From positions 127,116-191,115 of the forward strand of contig CANMCY010000002.1 in assembly GCA_947496375.1 (NCBI GenBank): 64,000 nucleotides of DNA. Direction: 5' to 3'. Source of the stretch: Flavobacteriales bacterium. Lineage in GTDB: Bacteria > Bacteroidota > Bacteroidia > NS11-12g > UBA955. The notes beneath the pieces were generated by a model. That model did not search any database. It saw only the letters and a list, made by a program, of their open reading frames with translations, and was not told the origin of the DNA. Shown in pieces: positions 49,887 to 59,874 of this stretch. Positions within the stretch are counted from its first letter, which is position 1. Each line of letters starts with the position of its first letter. The position numbers and the translations under genes were made by a program.

Positions 49887-51726
49887 GTATATTTTGCCTG
49901 TTAATCCAATGACCCAGCACAGCAAGACTCCACGCCTTGTGCCAGTTAGGGTTATCTTTTTGATTCAGCCCTGATATCAGCCCGTCAATGTATGCCGGAT
50001 TTAACAATTCGAAATTCTTGAGCAATTCCAGTCTTTCGGTACAGAAGGGTTTGAGTTCACGGTTCATCCATGCCTGCCAGGGGAAAGAAAATCCCATTTT
50101 GGGTCTGTCCCAGATTTCGCGGGGGAGCAAATCGCCCATCGCATCAATCAGCAACTGTTTGGGTGGTTTCAGGGGTTTAAAATCATCGGGCATGGCCAGC
50201 ATAAATTCCACCAGGTCTTTATCCAAAAACGGCTCCCTGATTTCCAGGCTATGGGCCATTCCCATTTGGTCTGCATCCCGGAGTAAAACGTTCTCCAAGT
50301 AAGTGCTGCACTCGGCAATGGTAATTTCTGAAACCAGTTTTGGACCAAAAGGATCATCCGTTTCGGTTTGAAAATAACGGTGGTAATCGACTCCGGCCTG
50401 TTCGAGCTCCTGCATATTCATGGACTGTCTGAAAACAGGATACATATGCGCCCAGTCCCAGGAAGGCATTCCGGCCAGCATGGCCAGTTTCTGGGCTGCT
50501 TTTCCTTTTAACATCCGGCTGGGCAAAATTGCGGCACTTTTGCGCATTCCGATGGGCAACTTTCCGATGAAGCGGTACTTCTTCAGCTGTTGCAGATATC
50601 CAAAAACAGGGTAACCACCAAATAACTCATCCCCACCAATGCCACTTAACGCAACCGTGATTCCTGCTTTTTTGGTGTATTTGGAAATGATGTATGTATT
50701 CAACCCATCCATTCCGGGATGATCCATGGCATCGAGGGCTTCGGGAATGTCGTGTAAAAACTCATCAGGCCTCAGCAGCACAGGATGGTGGTCGGTACGG
50801 TATTTATCGGCAATCATCTCCGCAAACCGCTTTTCACTAAATTCCTGTTCATCAAAATACACATTGAAGGTTTTCACCTGTCTTTCCGATAGCTTGCTCA
50901 TCACCGCCACGATGGCCGAACTGTCAATTCCTCCGGAAAGAAAAGCCCCCAGCGGAACGTCACTCATCAGGCGTTTTTCTACGGCCTTGAAAATGAGTTC
51001 ACGGGTTTGCTTAATTACCTTCTCATAGGGGCCGGGCAAGGTATATTTATCTCGGCAATCCTCCATGCGCCAGTAGTGGCGAACGCCAAACCCTTTATCA
51101 TCTACAACGGCATAGGAACCTGCAGGCAGCATCTGTACACCGTTCACGATGGTTTCGGGACTGTAAACCGTTTGATACATCAGGTAATTGCCCAGTGCGC
51201 GTCGATTGATGCGGGCTTTAAAATGCCCCGATGCAAGCAGGCCCTTGATTTCACTGCTAAACAGCAGCATATCACCACCGCGGCAGAAGTAGAGGGGTTT
51301 TACTCCCATGCGGTCACGGACCAGCAACAGCTGCTTCTTCTCGCGATCCCAGATGGCCATGGCAAACATCCCATCGAGCATTGGAAACGCCTGAGTGCCA
51401 TGTTCCTCCAGCAGGGCCAGTATCACTTCGGTATCCGTTTCGGTTCGGTATGGGTATTTGCGATGGGTAGCTTTTAATGATTTGTAATTATAAATTTCAC
51501 CGTTGTAAACAATGGTATATCGCCCGCTGGCGGATGTCATGGGTTGGCGGGCTTCTTCGGAAAGATCGATGATACTGAGGCGCCTGTGCCCCAGTCCTAT
51601 GTTTTCATCGGTGAATATACCTGTTGCGTCCGGGCCCCGATGAACCAGTGCATTGTTCATGTGCACCAGCATGTCTGTGGTTCTGAATCTGTCTTTTAAG
51701 CCAAAAATACCGTTAATCCCACACAT
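49879..51726 (-). CDS. Asparagine synthase-like, glutamine-hydrolysing amidotransferase, paralogue 1
   Basis: MCGI N-terminal nucleophile, and PP-loop SGGIDSS. Confidence 0.85.
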   Translation of the reverse strand: MCGINGIFGLKDRFRTTDMLVHMNNALVHRGPDATGIFTDENIGLGHRRLSIIDLSEEARQPMTSASGRYTIVYNGEIYNYKSLKATHRKYPYRTETDTEVILALLEEHGTQAFPMLDGMFAMAIWDREKKQLLLVRDRMGVKPLYFCRGGDMLLFSSEIKGLLASGHFKARINRRALGNYLMYQTVYSPETIVNGVQMLPAGSYAVVDDKGFGVRHYWRMEDCRDKYTLPGPYEKVIKQTRELIFKAVEKRLMSDVPLGAFLSGGIDSSAIVAVMSKLSERQVKTFNVYFDEQEFSEKRFAEMIADKYRTDHHPVLLRPDEFLHDIPEALDAMDHPGMDGLNTYIISKYTKKAGITVALSGIGGDELFGGYPVFGYLQQLKKYRFIGKLPIGMRKSAAILPSRMLKGKAAQKLAMLAGMPSWDWAHMYPVFRQSMNMQELEQAGVDYHRYFQTETDDPFGPKLVSEITIAECSTYLENVLLRDADQMGMAHSLEIREPFLDKDLVEFMLAMPDDFKPLKPPKQLLIDAMGDLLPREIWDRPKMGFSFPWQAWMNRELKPFCTERLELLKNFELLNPAYIDGLISGLNQKDNPNWHKAWSLAVLGHWINRQNIHD

Positions 51727-51759
51727 TTATCTTCCCAATTGCGGTAATTTGCAACCTGA

Positions 51760-52941
51760 TTGAACATTGTATTCGCTACTGACGGAATTTACCCTTTTGT
51801 GCTGGGAGGCATGCAAAAGCATGCTGCCTACATTATCCGGCACCTGGCAGGAACCGAGCACAAGGTGGATGTGCTGATCCCTAACCATGGCGTCAGCAAT
51901 GCCGAAGAGGCGGAATCCCGATTTTGGGGAAATGTGCGACCTGACAACATCCGATTTCATGTAATTCCTTATCCAAAAACGCCCCGATTTCCGGGTCATT
52001 ATGTGGTGGCAAGTTATTTGTACTCCCGAAGGATTACAAACTATTTTTCCCATAAAATATCAACCATCGACATCCTGTTTGGGAAGGGATATACATTGTG
52101 GCACTGGCTGGCCCGACAAAAAAGACCTCAAATTCCCGTCATTGTTCAGTTACACGGCCTTGAAATGTTTCAGCCGGCGTTTGCCATCAAAGAAATGCTG
52201 CACAAAATGCTGATGCGAATTCCTGCGGTTCCTATCATCCGTTTGACGGATTATATCTTTTCTTACGGTGGTGAGGTAAAGGAAATTTTACGCAAGCAGG
52301 GCAAATCTGAAGATTGTATTTTCGAACAATATGGGGCTGTAGACGATTTTTGGCTGTATCCTGAACCCTTTCCCAAGGAAAATGGAATGATTCGCAAGTT
52401 TTTGTTTGTGGCAAGAAACGAATACCGAAAAGGATATCATTTACTGCATGAAACCCTACAGGAGCTTGTTACGGACAATGAAACATTTGAGATTGACATT
52501 GTAGGCGAGTTACCCAAACAACTGGAGCTGCAAGACCCGAGGATTCGCTATCACGGCAACCTATCCGCTGAGGCACTGAAATCCTTAAAAGATCGTTGTG
52601 AGGTATTGCTGTTACCAAGTTTGTCGGAAGGTTTTCCAACCATCATTATAGAATCAATGGCCAGGGGAATATGCATTGCTGCCTCAGAAGTGGGGGCGGT
52701 TACCAAGGTTATTGACAAAGACACCGGGTGGTTGTTGCAACCCGGAAGCAGCAGATCGCTCAAAGACACCATGAAGGCCATCATCAGAACACCGGAACCT
52801 GATCTTCATCGCAAGCAAATGGCCTGTTATCAAAAAGTATTGCATAATTTTCGATGGGAATCTACGGTAAATCAATTAGTTTCGCATTTACAATCAGCGG
52901 CTCATGATTATCGGGAACGGATTACTCGCCAACAGTCTTAG
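51760..52941 (+). CDS. Glycosyltransferase family 4, with a TTG start
   Basis: GT4 N-terminus DGIYPFVLGGMQKHAAY, and the C-terminal motif LLPSLSEGFPTIIIESMARG. Confidence 0.75.
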   Translation: MNIVFATDGIYPFVLGGMQKHAAYIIRHLAGTEHKVDVLIPNHGVSNAEEAESRFWGNVRPDNIRFHVIPYPKTPRFPGHYVVASYLYSRRITNYFSHKISTIDILFGKGYTLWHWLARQKRPQIPVIVQLHGLEMFQPAFAIKEMLHKMLMRIPAVPIIRLTDYIFSYGGEVKEILRKQGKSEDCIFEQYGAVDDFWLYPEPFPKENGMIRKFLFVARNEYRKGYHLLHETLQELVTDNETFEIDIVGELPKQLELQDPRIRYHGNLSAEALKSLKDRCEVLLLPSLSEGFPTIIIESMARGICIAASEVGAVTKVIDKDTGWLLQPGSSRSLKDTMKAIIRTPEPDLHRKQMACYQKVLHNFRWESTVNQLVSHLQSAAHDYRERITRQQS

Positions 52942-53590
52942 GGATATTGACCGGGAATCGGTGACCTTTTTTTGCTCCGGTGTTTCAGATTCGGGTGAAA
53001 CCAATTCATTGGCATTTGAGCGGGAACTTTCTTTGCTACGCATGCAGGACAGTCATGAGCTGCTGTGTTATTTTTCCACCGTCAGTATTTTTAATCCTTC
53101 CCGGAAGAACAACCCATACATTCGTCATAAGGTGAATATGGAGGAGGAGATTCGGACACGTTTTCCCAAGCATCTTATCATACGATTGCCCAATATGATG
53201 GGGGAAGGTGGCAATGCTTCCAATTTGTTTCCTTATTTCATGCGCAGCATAGCAGAAGGGAAAATCGTTACCATTTTTGACAATACCCACCGCGAACTCA
53301 TGGAGGTTCAGCTGCTGCCAAGCATTGTGGATGCGCTGTTAAACTTGGGTTTCACAGGAAGCATCAATGCGGGTTTTGGAAATGCCCCCAAGGTAAAAGA
53401 CATTTACCTGCACATGTGCCAATTACTGGAGGCAACACCCAACATGAAAATAGAACAAGGGGAAGACGCCTATGAAGTAGATTACTCCGAATTTACCACC
53501 CTGATGAAATCTGCCGGTGTGGCCCCAATGGGTACATGGCAGGAACGGGTGGGGCGTTATGTGTTATCTTACAAAAGCACGGTCAGTTAG
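52904..53590 (+). CDS. Short, atypical SDR-like or NAD(P)-binding protein of 228 aa with a degenerate Rossmann motif
   Basis: N-terminal IGNGLLA (GxGxxA). A YxxxK-like motif (PYIRHK) follows an S-rich strand. It overlaps the upstream GT gene by 38 nt. Confidence 0.4.
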   Translation: MIIGNGLLANSLRDIDRESVTFFCSGVSDSGETNSLAFERELSLLRMQDSHELLCYFSTVSIFNPSRKNNPYIRHKVNMEEEIRTRFPKHLIIRLPNMMGEGGNASNLFPYFMRSIAEGKIVTIFDNTHRELMEVQLLPSIVDALLNLGFTGSINAGFGNAPKVKDIYLHMCQLLEATPNMKIEQGEDAYEVDYSEFTTLMKSAGVAPMGTWQERVGRYVLSYKSTVS

Positions 53591-54616
53591 AGCCCTAGAC
53601 CACATGTCTGCAATATAAATCTCTGCTATTTCACGGCTTTTACTACTCATTCTCATCCTGTCTTCAGCACTGATTTTTGTCATATTAAGTAGAGCCGCCT
53701 TTAATGCTTCTTCAGATCCGGATTGGAAAACAAAACCATTTTCTTTATGCCGCATAAATGCTTCAGAGGCCCCTACAGCAGTACTCAGAATTAAAGGGAA
53801 TCCTGCGGCTGCAAATTCCTGAACTACCATGCCCCAGGGCTCATAGCGGCTGGGCAAAACAAAGACATCCGATTGATGGATGACATATTCCATTTCGGCT
53901 GGCTGAACAAAACCCAGATGCCTTATGCCGGGGTGCTCTGCTCTATTTTCATAATCCGCACCCGCACCAACGCACCATAGCTCCCAATCCTCACCTATTT
54001 GGGCATAAATTCCCTGAAATGCAGACCACAATAGCGGATATGATTTATCAGGAATATATCTGGCTACACAAATAAATCGTTTTTTTCGATCTTTGATTTC
54101 TTTTCTATTCAAACCCATTTTCACAAAGGGCTCTATATCTGTAGCATAAAACCCTAACTGAATTTGCGTTTCCAGAAACCCGAGTCTGGAGGCAAAAAGC
54201 GCTTGTCTCTTCCCCGGAACCCAACACCATGAAACAAATGAATGTAATATAATTCTTGCCAAAGGAAGAAGAAGCCACTGTTTTATACTTCCTGTCCATG
54301 GGTTATCTATAATTAAACCCACCGAACACTGTTTACCTATCATTCTTCCCACTTTCATATAATCTCGGTCCATCCAACCTGAGATAATTACTGAATCCGG
54401 CTTAATTTCTTTGTATAACGCATAAATCCCTTCCAGACCCAACATTCTTTTCTCATAAAAGACTACACCCTGTATTTTTTCAAACACAAAGGGTGCCTCG
54501 TCATTGACCGGATGATGGATTACATAAATTTTATCTCCAGGATTTAAGATCAGGTGCTTTTTAAAGCAATTGAGCGTGTAGCCCGCCAGTTCTGTATACA
54601 GAAATAAATGCGTCAC
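53564..54616 (-). CDS. Glycosyltransferase family 4
   Basis: C-terminal VLPSRYEPWGMVVQEFAAAGFPLI is the EX7E motif. Confidence 0.75.
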   Translation of the reverse strand: MTHLFLYTELAGYTLNCFKKHLILNPGDKIYVIHHPVNDEAPFVFEKIQGVVFYEKRMLGLEGIYALYKEIKPDSVIISGWMDRDYMKVGRMIGKQCSVGLIIDNPWTGSIKQWLLLPLARIILHSFVSWCWVPGKRQALFASRLGFLETQIQLGFYATDIEPFVKMGLNRKEIKDRKKRFICVARYIPDKSYPLLWSAFQGIYAQIGEDWELWCVGAGADYENRAEHPGIRHLGFVQPAEMEYVIHQSDVFVLPSRYEPWGMVVQEFAAAGFPLILSTAVGASEAFMRHKENGFVFQSGSEEALKAALLNMTKISAEDRMRMSSKSREIAEIYIADMWSRALTDRAFVR

Positions 54617-56065
54617 TGGTCTATATTAATGATGCGTTGCGTGATTTATTGCCTTATTTTGCTGCTGATGAGATACGAAAAATTCATAATAACACTGATG
54701 GTGATGACCGTTTTTATGGATGATTTTCGTTTTGGAAGTGAAGATTTTCGCCGTTCTGCAACCTTTGATTTTTATTATTACTACGTAATATGGATTCTCT
54801 TTATCGTTCATTATATCCGCAAAAGAAGGGAAATTCCTGTTTGGCCGCGATGGTTTATGCTGGGTCTACTTGCCTTGTTTACCAATTCTGTATTCGGGGG
54901 AGCAGCATCGGGAAGCTTAAAATTTCCCATGCTAAAACAGATGATTGGTATTACGTATTCTTCGGTTGCTTATTTGTCACTAATCAAATTTAATGATTAC
55001 GATCTTAAAAAGATATTTAATATCTACCTGAAAGCTGCGTTTTGGGTGGCTATATGGGGAATCGCTGAACAAGCCATGCATGTTTTTGGATTTAAATTCA
55101 GGTTTGCAGGAAGTTTTATTGAGGATTTTACCAAGTTAATCGGTTTTGAAAATTTTTGGAACAATTACAAAATTACTTCCACCGGGTTCAACCGCGTCTA
55201 TTCCATCATGGGCGAACCCTATTATCTTGCAGTTGCGCTGTTACCTGCTTTTTTTTATTATTCCAACCGCCTTTTTGGAAGCAAAAACTTTAGGGATTGG
55301 GGGTATAAGTGGCATTTTGGGGTTTTAGCACTTTGTTTTTTATTTACTTTCAGTACAGCCGGCTATGTGGGCATTCTAATGACAGGTATGTTTATTGGTG
55401 TAAACCGTGGTTTTTTTGACCTCCGACGGTTTGGATTACTTTTTATTCCTATTTTTCTCCTCATTCTATTACCAAACATTGCCCGCCTAAGAACCGCTTT
55501 TTTTGAACTGCAGGTGCGAGTGGATGATACTGTTAAAGCTTTTTTGTACAAAGGAATTATGGATAAAAAAGAAATAGCTAAACTAAACTCCTCCACTTTT
55601 GCCCTGTATTCCAATTTTTTAATCGCCGGAAAATCTTTTGAGGAACATCCTATCACGGGGGGGGGGCTAGGATCACATGAAATCAGCTATAATAAGTTTT
55701 TTGATGTTTTTTTGGATAAAAACATTAAAAAAATGTACGGCACATTTAACTCCAAAGATGCAAATTCCCTTTTTATTAGATTGCTATCCGAAACCGGCAT
55801 CATCGGTCTGATTGTTTTTTTTGTTGCACTTTTTTCGTTTTTTGCTTACAAAAAAGGAATTGATATCCCTGAAATTTCTACCCTTACCATTATCAATCAA
55901 GCGGTATTTGTCATGCTGATAATTCGGTTACTTCGGACCGGTAATTATATCGGCCAGGGTTTTTACTTCTTCTTTTTCTTATATGCCTTTGCAGCCATTC
56001 AGATAAGGCAATACTACAAAAATCAACCCTCTGCCTCAATAGCAGAAAATATCCCGGATGCCTGA
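54608..56065 (+). CDS. O-antigen polymerase/ligase-like polytopic membrane protein (Wzy/WaaL family)
   Basis: About 11-12 transmembrane helices and a large periplasmic loop near the C-terminal third. It lies within a glycosyltransferase locus. Confidence 0.65.
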   Translation: MRHWSILMMRCVIYCLILLLMRYEKFIITLMVMTVFMDDFRFGSEDFRRSATFDFYYYYVIWILFIVHYIRKRREIPVWPRWFMLGLLALFTNSVFGGAASGSLKFPMLKQMIGITYSSVAYLSLIKFNDYDLKKIFNIYLKAAFWVAIWGIAEQAMHVFGFKFRFAGSFIEDFTKLIGFENFWNNYKITSTGFNRVYSIMGEPYYLAVALLPAFFYYSNRLFGSKNFRDWGYKWHFGVLALCFLFTFSTAGYVGILMTGMFIGVNRGFFDLRRFGLLFIPIFLLILLPNIARLRTAFFELQVRVDDTVKAFLYKGIMDKKEIAKLNSSTFALYSNFLIAGKSFEEHPITGGGLGSHEISYNKFFDVFLDKNIKKMYGTFNSKDANSLFIRLLSETGIIGLIVFFVALFSFFAYKKGIDIPEISTLTIINQAVFVMLIIRLLRTGNYIGQGFYFFFFLYAFAAIQIRQYYKNQPSASIAENIPDA

Positions 56066-57228
56066 GCCACCCAGGTATGTTCATCCAGAATTTTGTTACG
56101 GAAACATCTACCCATTTCAAGAGAATCTACGGTGTTTTGCAGCACATATAACAAGGCCTCCTCTAGGTCTTCCGCATTGTCTGAAACCAGCCATCCATGT
56201 TTTTTGTGTTCCATCACATCCCGCAAGGGTCCCTTATCGGGTGCCACGATGGGCACTCCAGTAAGACCATATTCAAATATTTTAATAGGGGAACCATACC
56301 AGTTGGAAGATGGCATTACTGCCACATCAAAGGATCTGATATAATTCATCACCTCGATGTGGGGAATTTTACCCGTAAATGTATACGAACCTGTTGGCAA
56401 GATTTTGTCCGCCAGGGCCTGCAACGCTTCTCTGATGACACCCTCCCCCACAATCATAAGATGGGCATTGGGTAGCATAGCTACTACACCTGCGAATGCC
56501 TCAATCAGTCCGTCCACCCCGTGGTAGGGAAAAAGACTTCCTACAAATCCGATGATTTGTGTTTCAGCGGCAAGGCCGGCGCGAATTTTTGTTACCTCCT
56601 CTGGGTTGAATTGCTCCTTTTCAGGGTTAATGGCATTGGGCGCCACATGGATGGGTAATTGACATTGGTATTTTGATTGAAGATACTCCTTCATGGCTGT
56701 AGAAACCGCAATCACATGCGAGGTTCTGTTAAGCTTATTACGTTCCTTCCAGTGGCCTATAAACCGCAAAATATCAGGCCCTTCAAAAGCCGCCATTTCT
56801 TCCACCACAGGACTGTTTACCTCCAGCACATGTTTGATCCCATGACGGGTTGCCATATTGACCCCGCTATCCTGAAGATATTCACCACGTTCATAAATCA
56901 AATCCGGCTTGAAAGTATGAATAGCTGTTTCAAGCTGCCTACCAGCCCTTCTGTCATGCATCAACAGACGGATATCTTTCAGTGCATTCCAAAGAAAAAG
57001 GGGTAAAAAACGCTTTATAATTGAAACACTGCCGGCCTTTTGTGTTAAACCATCGATGTGATTTTTAACTGAAGCAGTTTCTGTGCCTCCCATCACCACG
57101 GGCAAAACCTCATGACCCAATTGGCGAAAAGCCGCTATGCTCTCACGCTGATGCGTACTATAACCTACCTCACTCACAATATCGTGGGTGGGATGGGGCG
57201 AATAGTAAATAATCCTGAGTTTTTTCAA
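56023..57228 (-). CDS. Glycosyltransferase family 4
   Basis: VMPSSNWYGSPIKIFEYGLTGVPIVA is a GT4 C-terminal motif. Confidence 0.75.
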   Translation of the reverse strand: MKKLRIIYYSPHPTHDIVSEVGYSTHQRESIAAFRQLGHEVLPVVMGGTETASVKNHIDGLTQKAGSVSIIKRFLPLFLWNALKDIRLLMHDRRAGRQLETAIHTFKPDLIYERGEYLQDSGVNMATRHGIKHVLEVNSPVVEEMAAFEGPDILRFIGHWKERNKLNRTSHVIAVSTAMKEYLQSKYQCQLPIHVAPNAINPEKEQFNPEEVTKIRAGLAAETQIIGFVGSLFPYHGVDGLIEAFAGVVAMLPNAHLMIVGEGVIREALQALADKILPTGSYTFTGKIPHIEVMNYIRSFDVAVMPSSNWYGSPIKIFEYGLTGVPIVAPDKGPLRDVMEHKKHGWLVSDNAEDLEEALLYVLQNTVDSLEMGRCFRNKILDEHTWVAQASGIFSAIEAEG

Positions 57229-58217
57229 GATAACGAATAACCCGCCGCACGCATTACATCTTCGCGGGTGTAGGATTTCATGGGAATGTTGATCTCTGTT
57301 TTGGCAAATGTTTCGGGGATGTCTTCTCCCTGAATCAGTTTTTGCAGCCAGGGTTTATAGTAGGAAGGGGTTTGAGGGCGGTTGAGAACTTCCTGCAGGT
57401 ATTGTATGTCTGCAATCCCTTTTTCCTGAATAAAACGACAAACGGCTTGTATGCTGTAGCTGTCTATTTCCGGACCCACCGCACTACGGGTTGGAGCAAA
57501 ATATTCATTTTCATCAATACCCGTGAAGGCATCGCCATCAGGATACCACTGAACGGTATTTGCCACTGAAATGCCAAACTGTTTTTCCATTCCCAGCAGC
57601 TGTATGGCTTTCCTAAGAGGAGTTTTAAATGCTTTCAGCAATGGGTTGTGACGCAACGAATCTGTAGCGCGCTTTTTATCGGGTGTCCATAGCTGCAGGG
57701 TGGCACTGTACGTTTCTGGAAGATATACGATGTGTGGTTCCCAACTGTCGATGGTATGCACAGGATATTGCTGCTGGGTAAAATGCTTACTTACCCTGAG
57801 TTTCGTTTTGCCGCCCTCAACCTGGATATTTTTATCAAACAGCATGGTTTCATAACCGGAACCCAGAATGGCTGCAGTTGTCAGTATATAATTGTTGTGA
57901 TGATGTATGCAGTGAGCAGCAATTCCTTTGACGTGTGTAGGATGCGAAGCAAAGAAATGGATTTTCATAACCATATCTTCATTTTCGTAGATATACAGAA
58001 AGGGTATGTTATACTGGCTCCAGGTTTGTTTGAGATACCCTTCATCATTAAAATTTCTGCGAACAACCTGTTTCAAAAATTCTGCATCACTGCCCATTTG
58101 TTGCAACAACGGACCGGCCTTCTCATGAAGCAAATTGCGGTTTTCATGCGTTCTGTTTAGTTCAAGTATTTGTTGGATATAGTGGTGCTGAGAAAGCTGT
58201 TCCTGATTCATTTGCAT
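57225..58217 (-). CDS. Hypothetical protein of 330 aa with a His-rich motif. It may be a metal-dependent enzyme.
   Basis: HFFASHPTHVKGIAAHCIHHHNNY cluster. I recognise no family. It overlaps the downstream GT4 gene by 4 nt. Confidence 0.45.
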   Translation of the reverse strand: MQMNQEQLSQHHYIQQILELNRTHENRNLLHEKAGPLLQQMGSDAEFLKQVVRRNFNDEGYLKQTWSQYNIPFLYIYENEDMVMKIHFFASHPTHVKGIAAHCIHHHNNYILTTAAILGSGYETMLFDKNIQVEGGKTKLRVSKHFTQQQYPVHTIDSWEPHIVYLPETYSATLQLWTPDKKRATDSLRHNPLLKAFKTPLRKAIQLLGMEKQFGISVANTVQWYPDGDAFTGIDENEYFAPTRSAVGPEIDSYSIQAVCRFIQEKGIADIQYLQEVLNRPQTPSYYKPWLQKLIQGEDIPETFAKTEINIPMKSYTREDVMRAAGYSLS

Positions 58218-58295
58218 TTGTAAAGTTCCTTGATTAAAATATAATGTGAGTTATTTTTATCAGAGTATATTGCCCTACAGGGCTTATTTGTAATT

Positions 58296-58565
58296 TTAAG
58301 GAAACGACCTGTAAATGTCTTTTCTATGGGCTACAATAATTAGTCGGATAGTTGTTTCTGCTATCTTTTCCAGACCAATCCTGTAGGCTCCTAATCGAAT
58401 TCTATAATACGTTTTAAAACCACTTAGTTTTTTAAGATTTTTAATTTCGTGGAATGATTTGGCATTTTCCAGATCAGCAATTATTGTTTCAATTTTAGGT
58501 AATATGCTTTTGTCCTTGACTTTGTCAATAGATTTTTCAAATGATTTGTCAAATTCAACAATCAC
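58296..58565 (-). CDS. Type II toxin, RelE/ParE family
   Basis: YYRIRLGAYRIGL....IVAHRKDIY is the RelE/ParE signature. The gene is AT-rich. Confidence 0.8.
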   Translation of the reverse strand: MIVEFDKSFEKSIDKVKDKSILPKIETIIADLENAKSFHEIKNLKKLSGFKTYYRIRLGAYRIGLEKIAETTIRLIIVAHRKDIYRSFP

Positions 58566-58759
58566 TTGGCCTTCAGCTTCTTCAAAATGCTGTTTTTGGA
58601 AACAGTTGTACCTGTTTTAACATTATCCATCAGAGTTCCAAGCATCAAATCTTCAAATTGCGTATCTGACAAAGAAATAACATCACCGCCTAAATGTTTG
58701 GCCAACTGTGCCAAAATCTTACTGTTTTTATTATCGGTTTTGATGAGAAGCGTGCTCAT
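58562..58759 (-). CDS. Putative cognate antitoxin of 65 aa
   Basis: It lies immediately upstream of the toxin gene with a 4-nt overlap, and is small and helical. I recognise no family. Confidence 0.5.
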   Translation of the reverse strand: MSTLLIKTDNKNSKILAQLAKHLGGDVISLSDTQFEDLMLGTLMDNVKTGTTVSKNSILKKLKAK

Positions 58760-58827
58760 GTTGTAAATTTACTAAAAATAAGTTTATGATTCAACAGGAA
58801 ATTAGCTGTCAGAATTCTAAAATTTAT

Positions 58828-59874
58828 TTAAAACCAGGCATCCTGATAATAACGAACAAACCGCAAACCCCAGCTGGGTTCAGGAATAAGCGGTTTTACG
58901 TCAATTCCAATGGCTTGTTGTACTGCAAGTAACGGCAAATTGATACCCATTCCCAAAGCAGTAGTGGTACTTCCCTGCAATCGTGGATTGATTTCCAGTA
59001 TGCGAAATTCGCCGTTTTTATTGCGTTTAACCTGCAATCCATTGGGGCCATGCAGCCCTGTTGCCTTGAAAACGGCCGTTGCGTAATCAATAATTTCTTT
59101 ATTGTTTTCAAACTCACCTGCAACGCTGATACCATTGTTCATGCTGATCCGTTTCCGAGGTAATATTATCAAAGGCTCCCCGATGTCCAGTAGGGCATCT
59201 ACAGTATATTCCTCTCCCGGTAGGTATTCCATTACCAGCATCGTGGGCAGGGTGGCATCACCAAAAATGTGAAGTACATTTTCCAGGGTTGTATGGGTAT
59301 TGTTGGGCTTCTGCTCAAAAAAAGATGACAAAGAACCTGCAGATGCATCCAGAATGCGCATTCCCCTGCTTCCATTGGAAAGGGACGGTTTAATGCACAC
59401 TTTTTTTTGCGGATAACCCAGTTTTTTTGCGAACATTTCAATTTCCGCGGCGCTGTGGGCGGTATAACATTCAGCAACGGGAATATTCGCGGTGATTAGG
59501 GTTTGAATCAGCAACGCCTTGTCATTGGCCATATGCAGTTTATCCGAACCTGAAACCACCACGGATGTGCCGATGGCCCTGAAATCAGCTACATGTTGGG
59601 ATAATAACTCAAGTTCGCGGGTTACCAGGGGTAACAGCACCTGAATTTGCTTTTCCCTACAAATCCGTAGCATTTCTCCAACAAATTCAGGTTGAGAAGC
59701 AGCTGGAATCTGGATAAATTCCGCATGCACAGCACGTCCTGAAGCATACGGATTGGCATCGGCTATGATGAGTTCGATTTGCGGATTTTGCCTAAGGGCA
59801 TGCATTATGCCGGGTCCACCGGGAGCTCCGGCGCCCGTCATTAAAACACGAATGGGTTGTGATGTGCTCATCAA
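58828..59874 (-). CDS. ATP-grasp domain protein, a putative amino-acid:amine ligase
   Basis: A pre-ATP-grasp N-domain (RVLMTGAGAPGG). The central region KPSLSNGSRGMRIL. E/N residues of the ATP-grasp C-domain (EINPRLQGS). Confidence 0.7.
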   Translation of the reverse strand: MMSTSQPIRVLMTGAGAPGGPGIMHALRQNPQIELIIADANPYASGRAVHAEFIQIPAASQPEFVGEMLRICREKQIQVLLPLVTRELELLSQHVADFRAIGTSVVVSGSDKLHMANDKALLIQTLITANIPVAECYTAHSAAEIEMFAKKLGYPQKKVCIKPSLSNGSRGMRILDASAGSLSSFFEQKPNNTHTTLENVLHIFGDATLPTMLVMEYLPGEEYTVDALLDIGEPLIILPRKRISMNNGISVAGEFENNKEIIDYATAVFKATGLHGPNGLQVKRNKNGEFRILEINPRLQGSTTTALGMGINLPLLAVQQAIGIDVKPLIPEPSWGLRFVRYYQDAWF

